Both the position numbers and the translations under genes were made by a program. From Promethearchaeota archaeon (GTDB lineage: Archaea; Asgardarchaeota; Lokiarchaeia; Sigyniarchaeales; SOKP01): DNA of 64,000 nt. Positions 40,721-49,796 of the stretch are shown piece after piece; positions within the stretch are counted from its first letter, which is position 1, and each line of letters starts with the position of its first letter. The stretch covers positions 146,583 through 210,582 of the forward strand of contig JBHLOC010000003.1 of NCBI GenBank assembly GCA_048940925.1. The letters are read 5' to 3'. The notes under the pieces are model-generated. The model saw only the letters and a list, made by a program, of their open reading frames with translations. It had not been told where the DNA came from and searched no databases.

Positions 40721-41125
40721 TCACTCCTCTCTTAATTTTTGAATAGTATCTTCTAAAATTCTTATAATACGTTCTTTATATGGAACTTGTTCTGGGTAAT
40801 TATAACTAAAAGTTTTCCAGTACGGACGTTTATGGCCAATTTTAAATTTTATTCCTTTCATAGAAGTTAGATAAGAGTTATTATCTTTTTTCGTTGCAAT
40901 TTGGTCTGCAATTATATACCAATGATATTTTGTATTAAGACTTGCTCCTGTATTATTTGGAGCAGAATTCACTCTTGTTTTTAAAGAATTAAATTGAAAT
41001 CTCCATTTATCAGGGGATTCTTTAGTTTCATACCATTTCCCATTATTATAATTCCAATAATGAGAAGAACCTACTTTCATGCCAGTATAGATTTTTTTGT
41101 TGTATACCTTGAGTGAATTATACAT
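40721..41125 (-). CDS. Hypothetical protein (aromatic/basic, beta-rich)
   Basis: YTGMKVGSSHYWNY, YHWYIIADQ, KIGHKR; clean ORF. Confidence 0.7.
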   Translation of the reverse strand: MYNSLKVYNKKIYTGMKVGSSHYWNYNNGKWYETKESPDKWRFQFNSLKTRVNSAPNNTGASLNTKYHWYIIADQIATKKDNNSYLTSMKGIKFKIGHKRPYWKTFSYNYPEQVPYKERIIRILEDTIQKLREE

Positions 41126-41231
41126 TATTGCTTCACAAAAATTACATTAATATTAATAACATATATGAAAAAGAAGAGTGAAATATATAAATACTAAAAG
41201 AGTAAGGATTTTTTATTTCTAGTTCAATATT

Positions 41232-42689
41232 TTAAGAACTATTTTCTAATATTTCTCCTACATAATAGAAACCAACTAGATTTCCTCTTCTTTCAAACTT
41301 TCTTGATACTAATAATATTATTACATGTTCATTCTCATCAAGTAATTTTTTTTCAACAGCATATTTTACAGATTGCTCTATTATTTCCTCAGCATCTAAG
41401 TTGAAAAAATCAATATTTTCAATATATATTGGCTGTACCCCCCATACAAGTCCCAGCTCTCTTGCTGTCCGTTCTATAGGTGTGATCGCAATAATCGGTA
41501 AAGGGGGTCGATATTTTGAAATCATTCTTGCACCATATCCTCTTCGAGTAATCACTAAAATTTTTCCTCTGAAATTTAAGTCCTGCATCTCTGAAGCCAG
41601 GGCATGAATAGCATGTCCAAGTGTCTGTGTATGAGTTAGTCTCTCAGAATCGTATTCATCTGGAATCCTCATTGGCATATTCTCAGTAGCGGTTTTTGCT
41701 ATTTGATTCATGTAACGTACAGCATTAAGGGGATATTGCCCTACAGCAGTTTCTCCAGAGAGCATCACTGCATCACTCCCATCAAATACTGCATTAAATA
41801 CATCGTTAGCTTCTGCTCGTGTAGGAATCGGTGCATTTATCATAGATTCTAACATCTGAGTGGCAACAATAATAGGTTTTCCTTCCTTATTGCTTTTATA
41901 AATCATTTCTTTTTGCCATAATGGTACTTTATCAGGGTCAATTTCTACTCCTAAATCTCCACGTGCGACCATAATCCCATCGCTTACTTCAAGTATCGCA
42001 TCAAAATTATCTAAAGCGATAGGTCTTTCAATTTTTGAAATTAATTTAATTTTATCATTGCCATAATTTTCAAGAATTTTTCGGACATGAAGAACATCAC
42101 TGCTATCTGACACAAAAGAGATTGCTAAATATTCTGGGTCTAATTCAGCGATAACTTTTAAATCTTTAATATCTTTCTCAGTAGGAACTCTTTGCTTCAA
42201 TTCACCTGTAGGGATGTTGACTCCCTTTCTATTACTAATCATTCCACCTGCTAATACTTCTCCTATAATATGATCTTCTGCTTTACTTTTTACTTGTATT
42301 TTGATAATTCCATCATTTACAAAAAAAAAGTCTCCTTTTCTTATAGTCTTAAGAAATCCATCTAAAGGTATCGAGAACTGATCTTGATCTCCTTCAATTT
42401 CTTTTTCAAAGACTTTTACTTCTTGTCCAATATTCAGACTATAGGCCTTATCATCTTTAAATTCTCCAACTCGTATCTTTGGACCTTGAATATCAGCTAA
42501 AATTCCGATGAATCGATTAATTCCTCGTATTTTTTTTACCAATTCTCTTTTTTCATCATGACTCCCATGTGAAAAATTCAATCGAAAAATATCCACTCCC
42601 GCATCTACTAAATTCTTGAGCATTATTTTTGAACTTGATTGGGGACCAAGTGTACTTACAATCTTGACTGTATTTTCTCTAAGTGACAT
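41232..42689 (-). CDS. pyk: Pyruvate kinase
   Basis: RLNFSHG, DIQGPKIR, MVARGDLGVE, ATQMLESM, PTRAE, MLSGETA. Confidence 0.97.
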   Translation of the reverse strand: MSLRENTVKIVSTLGPQSSSKIMLKNLVDAGVDIFRLNFSHGSHDEKRELVKKIRGINRFIGILADIQGPKIRVGEFKDDKAYSLNIGQEVKVFEKEIEGDQDQFSIPLDGFLKTIRKGDFFFVNDGIIKIQVKSKAEDHIIGEVLAGGMISNRKGVNIPTGELKQRVPTEKDIKDLKVIAELDPEYLAISFVSDSSDVLHVRKILENYGNDKIKLISKIERPIALDNFDAILEVSDGIMVARGDLGVEIDPDKVPLWQKEMIYKSNKEGKPIIVATQMLESMINAPIPTRAEANDVFNAVFDGSDAVMLSGETAVGQYPLNAVRYMNQIAKTATENMPMRIPDEYDSERLTHTQTLGHAIHALASEMQDLNFRGKILVITRRGYGARMISKYRPPLPIIAITPIERTARELGLVWGVQPIYIENIDFFNLDAEEIIEQSVKYAVEKKLLDENEHVIILLVSRKFERRGNLVGFYYVGEILENSS

Positions 42690-42804
42690 TTGAGAAAATC
42701 CTCTTGGTTTTATTATTTAGTTAATTTTTTTAATTATTTTAGAATGTGTTCTTAAATGCTATACTTTTTAATTACTAATATTATTATTTTGTAATCCTTA
42801 AAAA

Positions 42805-43275
42805 TTATTCATTTTCAACAATCCTTTTTAACTTCATAAATTTTTCTCTAAGCTTTTTTCTAAATTCTATCAATAACACATTTGAAGAATTATAATCTTC
42901 GATTTTTCTAATTTCTTTTAAGGATATTAATTGAATTCTTAAAGATCTCGGAAAAATTGAGTACTGAATTAATTGTAAATTATTTTTAACAGCGAAATCT
43001 CTAGCAAGCTGAACTATAAAATCAGAGGAATTATTTGCAAGAGTACATGCTAAAAAATATCTTAATTTAGGATTCTTAGAATAATTCTTTACAATAAATA
43101 GGAATAAATTCTTAAATTTTTCTTTTAAATCATAAATTGATTTAACTGATAAATTGTAAATCTTATTATCTATAACTTCAGCAATTGGTGCATGTTTTCC
43201 TCTTACCTTCTTCATATTTTTAATTACATCTTTTTTTAAAAACATTTTCAATGTTTTCAAGTTTGATTTCTTCAT
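42805..43275 (-). CDS. Hypothetical protein
   Basis: Co-oriented ORF between aor and pyk. Confidence 0.6.
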   Translation of the reverse strand: MKKSNLKTLKMFLKKDVIKNMKKVRGKHAPIAEVIDNKIYNLSVKSIYDLKEKFKNLFLFIVKNYSKNPKLRYFLACTLANNSSDFIVQLARDFAVKNNLQLIQYSIFPRSLRIQLISLKEIRKIEDYNSSNVLLIEFRKKLREKFMKLKRIVENE

Positions 43276-43334
43276 TTTTTATCTTTTTGTGGTATTATAA
43301 TTGGATTAAATTAATAACTATATATGATAGAGGT

Positions 43335-45296
43335 TTAATATAAGTCTTTAATAACAAATTCTAAGTTAAGCTCTTTCAATGTATCTTTTAAAGGATATCC
43401 ATTTTCAGGATTCCATCCCATTTCGTAACAATATCCTTTATAAAAATCTTCATATTCTATTGTTATGCCTTTTGTTGGTCCCTTAATATCAGGAGGATCT
43501 CCAATTACTCTTCCCGGTAAGGTGTTTTTTGCTATATCTATTCCTTCACGTAAGGTGAAAGCTTGTCTTAAAGTTTGAATTCTTAACCCTATTTTAATTA
43601 TTTCATCAATATTGATTCCCCAACCTGTAAATGAATTTAGAATGTCAAGGAATGGATAAGATCCAAATAAAGTGGAAAAGGAGCATAATCCAGCACTGTT
43701 TAATACTTGGTGAAAAGCAGTGACTAATTTTTGTGCTTTTTGTTTCTTTTTTTCATTATACTTCCAATTTTTTGGTAAAGTAAACCCTTTTTGAAATTTA
43801 TTGATTGGTCCAATATCCATAAAATCAATACTTGCTGCTGTATGCCTTCCCGGAGTAGGATCATAATTATAAGTAAAAGCTAATGAAGGAAAAATCCTTG
43901 GATTATGCATTGCTATTTCTGAACCTAAAGAAGATATAGAATATTTGTATGAATCTTTTCCTATTCTTTGAGCAGCGAGTTCGCTTCCATCAGCTAAAAT
44001 ATCTCCAACTCCATCTCTTTTAATTATTTTCTTCACTAATTCGATAATTGCTTTCGAATTCCCCCACGTGAGATTTAAACCATCAGTATCTTCTTTTGTT
44101 AAAATATTATTTTCAAAGCATTCGATAGCAAAAGCAATAGTAGCACCCGTAGAAATTGTGTCTATTGCAGCGCGATTACAGATCTCATTTATTTCAAATA
44201 TGGACATTAGATCATCATTTAGCAAAAGAGCCCCAAATGCGCAACATGTTTCATATTCTGGTTGGTGAGTTTCTTCTAAGTTTAATTCTGGAACTTTCAA
44301 AATTCCGCCACATTGTATTGGACAACTAAAACACCCATATTCTCTTATTTTATAATTGTAAATTTTTGTTGATGAGATTTTTTTTGAGTTTTTGAAAGGA
44401 AAATCAAGATAGGTTCCATTCCAGTTTTTAATTGGACTATCGCCAATTTCTGCCATTAATGTATTTCCTACGCTTGTACCAAGAGTATGATAAATATCTC
44501 TCAATAGGCTTGCTGTAGAAATCATCCCTATTCTGAACCTTCGCATTGTCTTAGCTTGTTTTGGGATAATTTTTAAAAGACGACTTTTAAATTTCCCTGG
44601 TTCTTTTGCTGTACCCTTTTTATTATATTTTTTTACTAAATTAATAAATTTATTTTTGTCGTTTATAGAAATTTTATGGTTTCCTTTCAAAACTAACATT
44701 TTCAATTTTTTCGAACCCATAATTGCTCCTAACCCTGATCTTGCCGCAATTCTACCTTTATCATTGGCGATTCCTGAGATCCGAGATAACTTTTCTCCGG
44801 CTATCCCTATTGCAGCAGTTTTAATGAATTTCCCGTGTTTTTTTTTAAGTTTTTCTTCAGCTTCGATAACATCAATACCCCAAATATCTGTTGCATCTGA
44901 TATTTCTTTATCTTCTCCTATTAGTGAAATATATTTAGGTTTTGATGCTGCGCCTATTATTAAGATAGCATCATATCCACACTTTTTTATTTCTGGACCA
45001 AAAGTTCCTCCCGAATTAGAATCTCCCCACGTCCCTGTCAGTGGAGATTTTCCAGCAACCATATATCTTCCTGAAAATGGTGCTGCTGTGCCTGTTAATA
45101 ATCCCGGAAAAAAACCAATAATTGATTCAGAACTTAAAGGATCAATTTTAGCAGGCATATTTTCATAAATTAATTTTACAGCTAAACCATATCCCCCCAG
45201 ATATTGGTGATATATCAATTCAGGGATTGATTCTTCCTTGAAAGTCCCTTCAGTGAGATTAACCCATAAAACTTTTCCAAAGAATCCAGTTCCCAT
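43335..45296 (-). CDS. aor: Tungsten-dependent aldehyde:ferredoxin oxidoreductase family
   Basis: KSPLTG, SNSGG, GLGAIMGSKKLK, CFSCPIQC, PEYET, DTISTG. Confidence 0.92.
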   Translation of the reverse strand: MGTGFFGKVLWVNLTEGTFKEESIPELIYHQYLGGYGLAVKLIYENMPAKIDPLSSESIIGFFPGLLTGTAAPFSGRYMVAGKSPLTGTWGDSNSGGTFGPEIKKCGYDAILIIGAASKPKYISLIGEDKEISDATDIWGIDVIEAEEKLKKKHGKFIKTAAIGIAGEKLSRISGIANDKGRIAARSGLGAIMGSKKLKMLVLKGNHKISINDKNKFINLVKKYNKKGTAKEPGKFKSRLLKIIPKQAKTMRRFRIGMISTASLLRDIYHTLGTSVGNTLMAEIGDSPIKNWNGTYLDFPFKNSKKISSTKIYNYKIREYGCFSCPIQCGGILKVPELNLEETHQPEYETCCAFGALLLNDDLMSIFEINEICNRAAIDTISTGATIAFAIECFENNILTKEDTDGLNLTWGNSKAIIELVKKIIKRDGVGDILADGSELAAQRIGKDSYKYSISSLGSEIAMHNPRIFPSLAFTYNYDPTPGRHTAASIDFMDIGPINKFQKGFTLPKNWKYNEKKKQKAQKLVTAFHQVLNSAGLCSFSTLFGSYPFLDILNSFTGWGINIDEIIKIGLRIQTLRQAFTLREGIDIAKNTLPGRVIGDPPDIKGPTKGITIEYEDFYKGYCYEMGWNPENGYPLKDTLKELNLEFVIKDLY

Positions 45297-45691
45297 ATTG
45301 TTTGTCTTAATTTCTTTAAATTGTAGTCTAATCTGTTTAAATTTATAATCGAGAAGTGAAGTATAAATTAAGAATATTTGGAATTTTCATAATTAGTTTT
45401 TTGATATTTATATAAGAGCCTTTTTATTAAAAAGAATAACTTTATATTTGAATTCTTGGAGTAAAAATTATAAATCTATATTTAAAGCGTAGATCTTCTT
45501 TAAATAGATTAAAGAAATATTTAAATATGCCATTTATTATATAATTGGTGATACGAATTCACGCTAATCTATAAAAATAAATCTTTTATTCAACAAATAA
45601 GAATAATTTTGGCTTTTCAAATATCATATGTTAAAAATATTAAGTTATTTTTGAATTACAATCAATTTATACAGAGAATTAATTAAAAATT

Positions 45692-45904
45692 ATGTCATTA
45701 ATCCCAACAGTAAAAAAAGAAGAAATAGAAATTCAAAAGTTTATCGATTGGGATAAATTTGAGAATGTATTTTACAATAATATCTATTTAGAAAATTATA
45801 AAATCGTGATTAAAATGCCTCTGATTCCTAAAAAAGGTTCAGAAGAAGAGATTAAAATAAATAAATTTGATCTAGAAAAATATACTTATCTTTGTGCTTA
45901 TTAA
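45692..45904 (+). CDS. Small hypothetical protein
   Basis: 70-aa ORF, convergent with the Zn-finger micro-ORF. Confidence 0.5.
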   Translation: MSLIPTVKKEEIEIQKFIDWDKFENVFYNNIYLENYKIVIKMPLIPKKGSEEEIKINKFDLEKYTYLCAY

Positions 45905-45925
45905 ATAACTAAAAGTTTTCAAAGT

Positions 45926-46060
45926 TTATTTATGAGAGTTATCTTTTTTCTCCTTGCAGTATTGATTCCAACATGAGAAACACATATAACTCTTATCATG
46001 TAATAAAACAAGATCCTTCACAGATCTTATCATTCCACACTCCTTACATCTTGCTAACAT
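45926..46060 (-). CDS. Zn-finger microprotein (44 aa), absent from the ORF track
   Basis: MLARCKECGMIRSVKDLVLLHDKSYMCFSCWNQYCKEKKDNSHK*; starts 23 bp after the ArsR-like gene. Confidence 0.7.
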   Translation of the reverse strand: MLARCKECGMIRSVKDLVLLHDKSYMCFSCWNQYCKEKKDNSHK

Positions 46061-46083
46061 ATATACATAGAATTTTATCAATA

Positions 46084-46434
46084 CTAAGCTTTAAAATTAA
46101 TTACAATTTTATCAAGATTTAGTTTCCAGACTTTTTCTGGAGCTCTTTTACTTTCACTAGGCCTATAATCTGCCTCAATAATACCCACACTTTCTAATTC
46201 TCTTAGATGATAATACAAAGAATGTTTTTTTAAATCCTTAAAGTCTCCTTTGCCACACATTCCATGGCACTGAATATTATTATCTATATTTTCACTTACA
46301 CTTTTAAGATGAGAAAAAATTTCATCAGAAGATTTTGGGCCATCTCGTAAAATATCTATTAAGACCCATCGAATTTGACAATGTAGCGCTTTTATATAAG
46401 TACCTAAATTTTCAAGATCTATTTCTTTCGTCAT
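46084..46434 (-). CDS. ArsR-like winged HTH regulator with Cys-containing insert
   Basis: IKALHCQIRWVLIDILRDGP, SLYYHLRELESVGII, insert CHGMCG. ATG at 46434 is preferred. Confidence 0.8.
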   Translation of the reverse strand: MTKEIDLENLGTYIKALHCQIRWVLIDILRDGPKSSDEIFSHLKSVSENIDNNIQCHGMCGKGDFKDLKKHSLYYHLRELESVGIIEADYRPSESKRAPEKVWKLNLDKIVINFKA

Positions 46435-46674
46435 ATCCTTAAACCACCAAAATCTTATAATATATAAGAAATACAAAAGATTTAAATATTGGGTTTGATT
46501 AGTTTAATCTAATATTTAACTAATTAAAAAAAATATTGAAAACTTTAATTTGGCAGTTCTATTTAGGTCATGATGGAATTTTAATGTTCTTTCTAATAAT
46601 ATAAGAAATTACACGTAAGTTACAGAATAAAATATGATATGAATAAAAAAAATTTAAAGAGAGGTAATTGAAAA

Positions 46675-46830
46675 ATGAAATTAAAAGAAAGAGAAGAATG
46701 TGCATGTGATAAACCCGAAATAAAAGAAAAGCATCCACATGGATGTAGTTTAAATCAAATTATTAAATGTCATGGGGATCAACCAATCAATGAACTTTTT
46801 AAGCACATTCAACTAGAAGAAGAAAAGTGA
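46675..46830 (+). CDS. Small Cys/His metal-binding protein (51 aa), absent from the ORF track
   Basis: MKLKEREECACDKPEIKEKHPHGCSLNQIIKCHGDQPINELFKHIQLEEEK*; SD-like GAGGT at 46661. Confidence 0.7.
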   Translation: MKLKEREECACDKPEIKEKHPHGCSLNQIIKCHGDQPINELFKHIQLEEEK

Positions 46831-46857
46831 GAGAAGTATCATTAAAGAGGTGCTATA

Positions 46858-47847
46858 ATGAGTGCTATTGTTGTAAATAATTTAACTAAACATTTTGAGT
46901 CCCCTAAAAGAGGAAAACTTAGAAAAATGAGACCAAATGGTCCGCAGAGAATACCGGGTATAATTCATGCGGTTGATAACATTAGCTTTGAAGTGAAAAA
47001 AGGGGAAATATTTGGATTTTTAGGGCCAAATGGAGCAGGTAAAACGACAACGATTCGGATGATGACTGGAGTATTAAAACCTACTAAAGGGGTTGTATCT
47101 ATATTTAGACAGGATGTATGGAAAAATCCAATTCTTGTCAAACAAATTACTGGTAATGTACCTGAGGAAGCAAATGTATATTTTGAAATGTCAGGAATGC
47201 AAAATTTATTATTTATTGGGGAATTATATGGAGTTTCTAAAAAAAATAGCTTAGAACGAGCAGAAGCTCTACTTAGAAAATTCGAATTATACGAAAAGCG
47301 AAATTTGAAGGCAATAAAGTATTCGAAGGGAATGAAACAAAGATTATTATTATGTATGGCACTAATGAGTAATCCAGAAATTTTGTTTTTAGATGAGCCA
47401 ACAAGTGGATTAGATGTCCAATCTGCTCGTATTATTAAACAACTGATTAAGGGATATAATCAAAAAGGTGTAACTATTTTCCTTACTACTCATGATATGG
47501 AAGTTGCTAATGAATTATGTCATAGAATCGCAATTATTAATCATGGAAAAATTATTAGTTTAGATACTCCTGAAAACTTAAAAAAACTAACTCAAGAATA
47601 TAAAGCTATTGATTTTTATTTTGCTAATGGAGTTGATACAACTAAAATTGAAAAATTGGGTAGTGTAAGAGAAGTACAACAAGTAAAAGAGGGTATTCAT
47701 GTAATTGTTGAAGATATTCATGAAAGTATGTTCGAAATTATGGATTTCATAAAACAGAATCATCTTATAATAAAAAAACTAAACACACACCAACCAAAAT
47801 TAGAAGACGCATTTTTAAAAATTATTGAAAGAGGTGGTAAAAATTAA
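46858..47847 (+). CDS. ABC-2 exporter ATP-binding protein (DrrA-like)
   Basis: GPNGAGKTT, YSKGMKQR, LFLDEPTSGLD, TTH. Confidence 0.93.
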   Translation: MSAIVVNNLTKHFESPKRGKLRKMRPNGPQRIPGIIHAVDNISFEVKKGEIFGFLGPNGAGKTTTIRMMTGVLKPTKGVVSIFRQDVWKNPILVKQITGNVPEEANVYFEMSGMQNLLFIGELYGVSKKNSLERAEALLRKFELYEKRNLKAIKYSKGMKQRLLLCMALMSNPEILFLDEPTSGLDVQSARIIKQLIKGYNQKGVTIFLTTHDMEVANELCHRIAIINHGKIISLDTPENLKKLTQEYKAIDFYFANGVDTTKIEKLGSVREVQQVKEGIHVIVEDIHESMFEIMDFIKQNHLIIKKLNTHQPKLEDAFLKIIERGGKN

Positions 47848-48628
47848 TAATGAAGTTATTTTAGCTAAAAAATCTAAATATAATAATTTTATTACTCAAT
47901 TAAAGAGATCCTTTGTACTAACCAAAAAAGACTTGAAAATTTATTATAATAAGCCTCCCGTGTTGATTCAAGGGATTTTCTTTCCGATTATCTTATTCTT
48001 TGCTTTTACAGTTGGAAGAAACATATCACCACCATATCTTATTTCTGGAATAATAGCAATGGTTATTTTTTTAACTTCATCTTCATTGGGACCAATTATT
48101 TTTCCTTGGGAGACTATGCGTGGTACTTTTGAACGGTTAACAACTTGTCCAATCTCAATTAAAACAATACTCCTTGGTAACGTTTGGAGTTCATTTATTT
48201 ATGGCGTATTTTTCTCATCAATTCCCTTAGTCTTAGGAGTAATATTTCTATCAACTAGTATAGTTTTTAATTATTTTCTTATTATTACTGCAATGATTAT
48301 TGCTGCTTTGGTGTTTTCTTGTTTTAGTCTGATAATCTCCACACCACCAACAAGAAATCCTGGAAATACTATGGTTTTACAAATTTTCATCAAATTTCCA
48401 CTATTATTTATCAGTCCCTTATTTATGCCAATTGCGTCACTCCCTACTGCAACAATCTCTCCAATTACATATTGTCTTGACATATTAAATGTTGGATTAG
48501 GAGAAAATAGTGTTTTTGGAATATTTGGATTGTTGATTGATTTTGCTGTCTTAATCGGTTTTGGTTTTGGTTTTCTCTTCCTAGCTTTTACCTTACATCA
48601 AAAAACTTTAGAAAAACGATTTAAGTGA
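47825..48628 (+). CDS. ABC-2 exporter permease
   Basis: About 6 TM helices, E.MRGTFERL..P; overlaps the ATPase gene. Confidence 0.88.
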   Translation: MKEVVKINNEVILAKKSKYNNFITQLKRSFVLTKKDLKIYYNKPPVLIQGIFFPIILFFAFTVGRNISPPYLISGIIAMVIFLTSSSLGPIIFPWETMRGTFERLTTCPISIKTILLGNVWSSFIYGVFFSSIPLVLGVIFLSTSIVFNYFLIITAMIIAALVFSCFSLIISTPPTRNPGNTMVLQIFIKFPLLFISPLFMPIASLPTATISPITYCLDILNVGLGENSVFGIFGLLIDFAVLIGFGFGFLFLAFTLHQKTLEKRFK

Positions 48629-48637
48629 TAAACTAAA

Positions 48638-49147
48638 ATGTCTGAAAATGTTGATAAACGTTCAAAGCAGATGTTAAATTTTTTTAATTCTAAAAAAGGT
48701 AAGAAATTAAAGGATTTTGCTAAAATTGCTTATGCAAGATGGTTAAATGGAACATTAATAAATGTGGAACGTGGTTTTATCGAATTAGAATATTTCTTAA
48801 GACCAGAAATGGCAAATCCGGTTAATTTACTCCATGGAGGAATACAATGTGGTATGTTGGATAATGCTATTGGTATGGCAGTAGCTACTCTAGGTTATGA
48901 AGGATTTCCAATTAGTATAGATTTTCATATTGATTTTATAGGAAAAGTTAAAGTTGAGGAAAAAGTTAAAGTTCATGGTAAGGTAATTAATGAAGGTCAT
49001 AATATTCTTCATGCAGTCGGTGAAATATACGATATAAGAGGGAATTTAATCTCGACTAGTAATTCCAAATTATTAATAACGGATATAACTCCTGTTTATG
49101 TAAAAGAAGTAGATAAGATTTCCAAGAGTGAGAATAATAATAGTTAA
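48638..49147 (+). CDS. PaaI family thioesterase
   Basis: NPVNLLHGG hot-dog fold motif. Confidence 0.88.
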   Translation: MSENVDKRSKQMLNFFNSKKGKKLKDFAKIAYARWLNGTLINVERGFIELEYFLRPEMANPVNLLHGGIQCGMLDNAIGMAVATLGYEGFPISIDFHIDFIGKVKVEEKVKVHGKVINEGHNILHAVGEIYDIRGNLISTSNSKLLITDITPVYVKEVDKISKSENNNS

Positions 49148-49276
49148 TAAACACTTAAATTGTATTTAAAACCTAAATTTCCATATAATTCATCTTTTTT
49201 TTTATATTTAGTTGCATCAGAAGAAATATAATATCTATTGAAAAAATATACTTAATTAAAATATTGAATTAAAATT

Positions 49277-49531
49277 TTATCTAGTCAGATATCAACAATA
49301 ATCATGGATGAACCTACAATCTATCTTGATTCGTAAAGACGAAAGGAGTTAGTTGAAGCTATGAAAAGTTTCAAAAAAGAAAGTAATACAATACCTCAAA
49401 TAATAATTGTAACACATCATAAAGAACTTGAAGAATTAGTTGATACTTTATATAAAGTACATATAAAAGAAGGTGTCTCGAAGGGGGAGAAAATCAATAT
49501 ATATAGAATTCGAAATTCAAAAAAAGATTAA
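49277..49531 (+). pseudogene. 3' fragment of a rad50/SbcC-type SMC ATPase
   Basis: ISTIIMDEPTIYLDS*RRKELVEAMK...IPQIIIVTHHKELEELVDTLYKVHIKEGVS; in-frame TAA at 49334. Confidence 0.75.
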
Positions 49532-49585
49532 GAGATTTTAAGAAAAGTTGATAATTTTATACAAAATTAATTTTAATTAGTAATT

Positions 49586-49753
49586 ATGACAGAAGAATCC
49601 TATATTCAAAAACCATTAATTGAACAGATTTATGATGAAATGTTTAAAATCATTGAAATAAATAAGAGGTTCAAAGATGTAGAGATTCAAACTCTTGGAC
49701 AGATTGCTTATAAAGAGAACTTTAAAAAAGAAAATTCTTTTACTTTTTATTAG
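49586..49753 (+). CDS. Small hypothetical ORF or remnant (55 aa)
   Basis: MTEESYIQKPLIEQIYDEMFKIIE...; follows the rad50 fragment. Confidence 0.35.
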   Translation: MTEESYIQKPLIEQIYDEMFKIIEINKRFKDVEIQTLGQIAYKENFKKENSFTFY

Positions 49754-49796
49754 GTAGAATTTTTTTTAGTATTTACTATAATAAATAAAAGTTAAT

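Noticed and set aside
44068-45168. Plus-strand ORFs within aor
   Set aside because: Antisense shadows of a conserved gene.
49334-49336. In-frame stop as recoding (Sec/Pyl)
   Set aside because: The stop is TAA, and the gene lacks its entire 5' part, so it is a pseudogene fragment.
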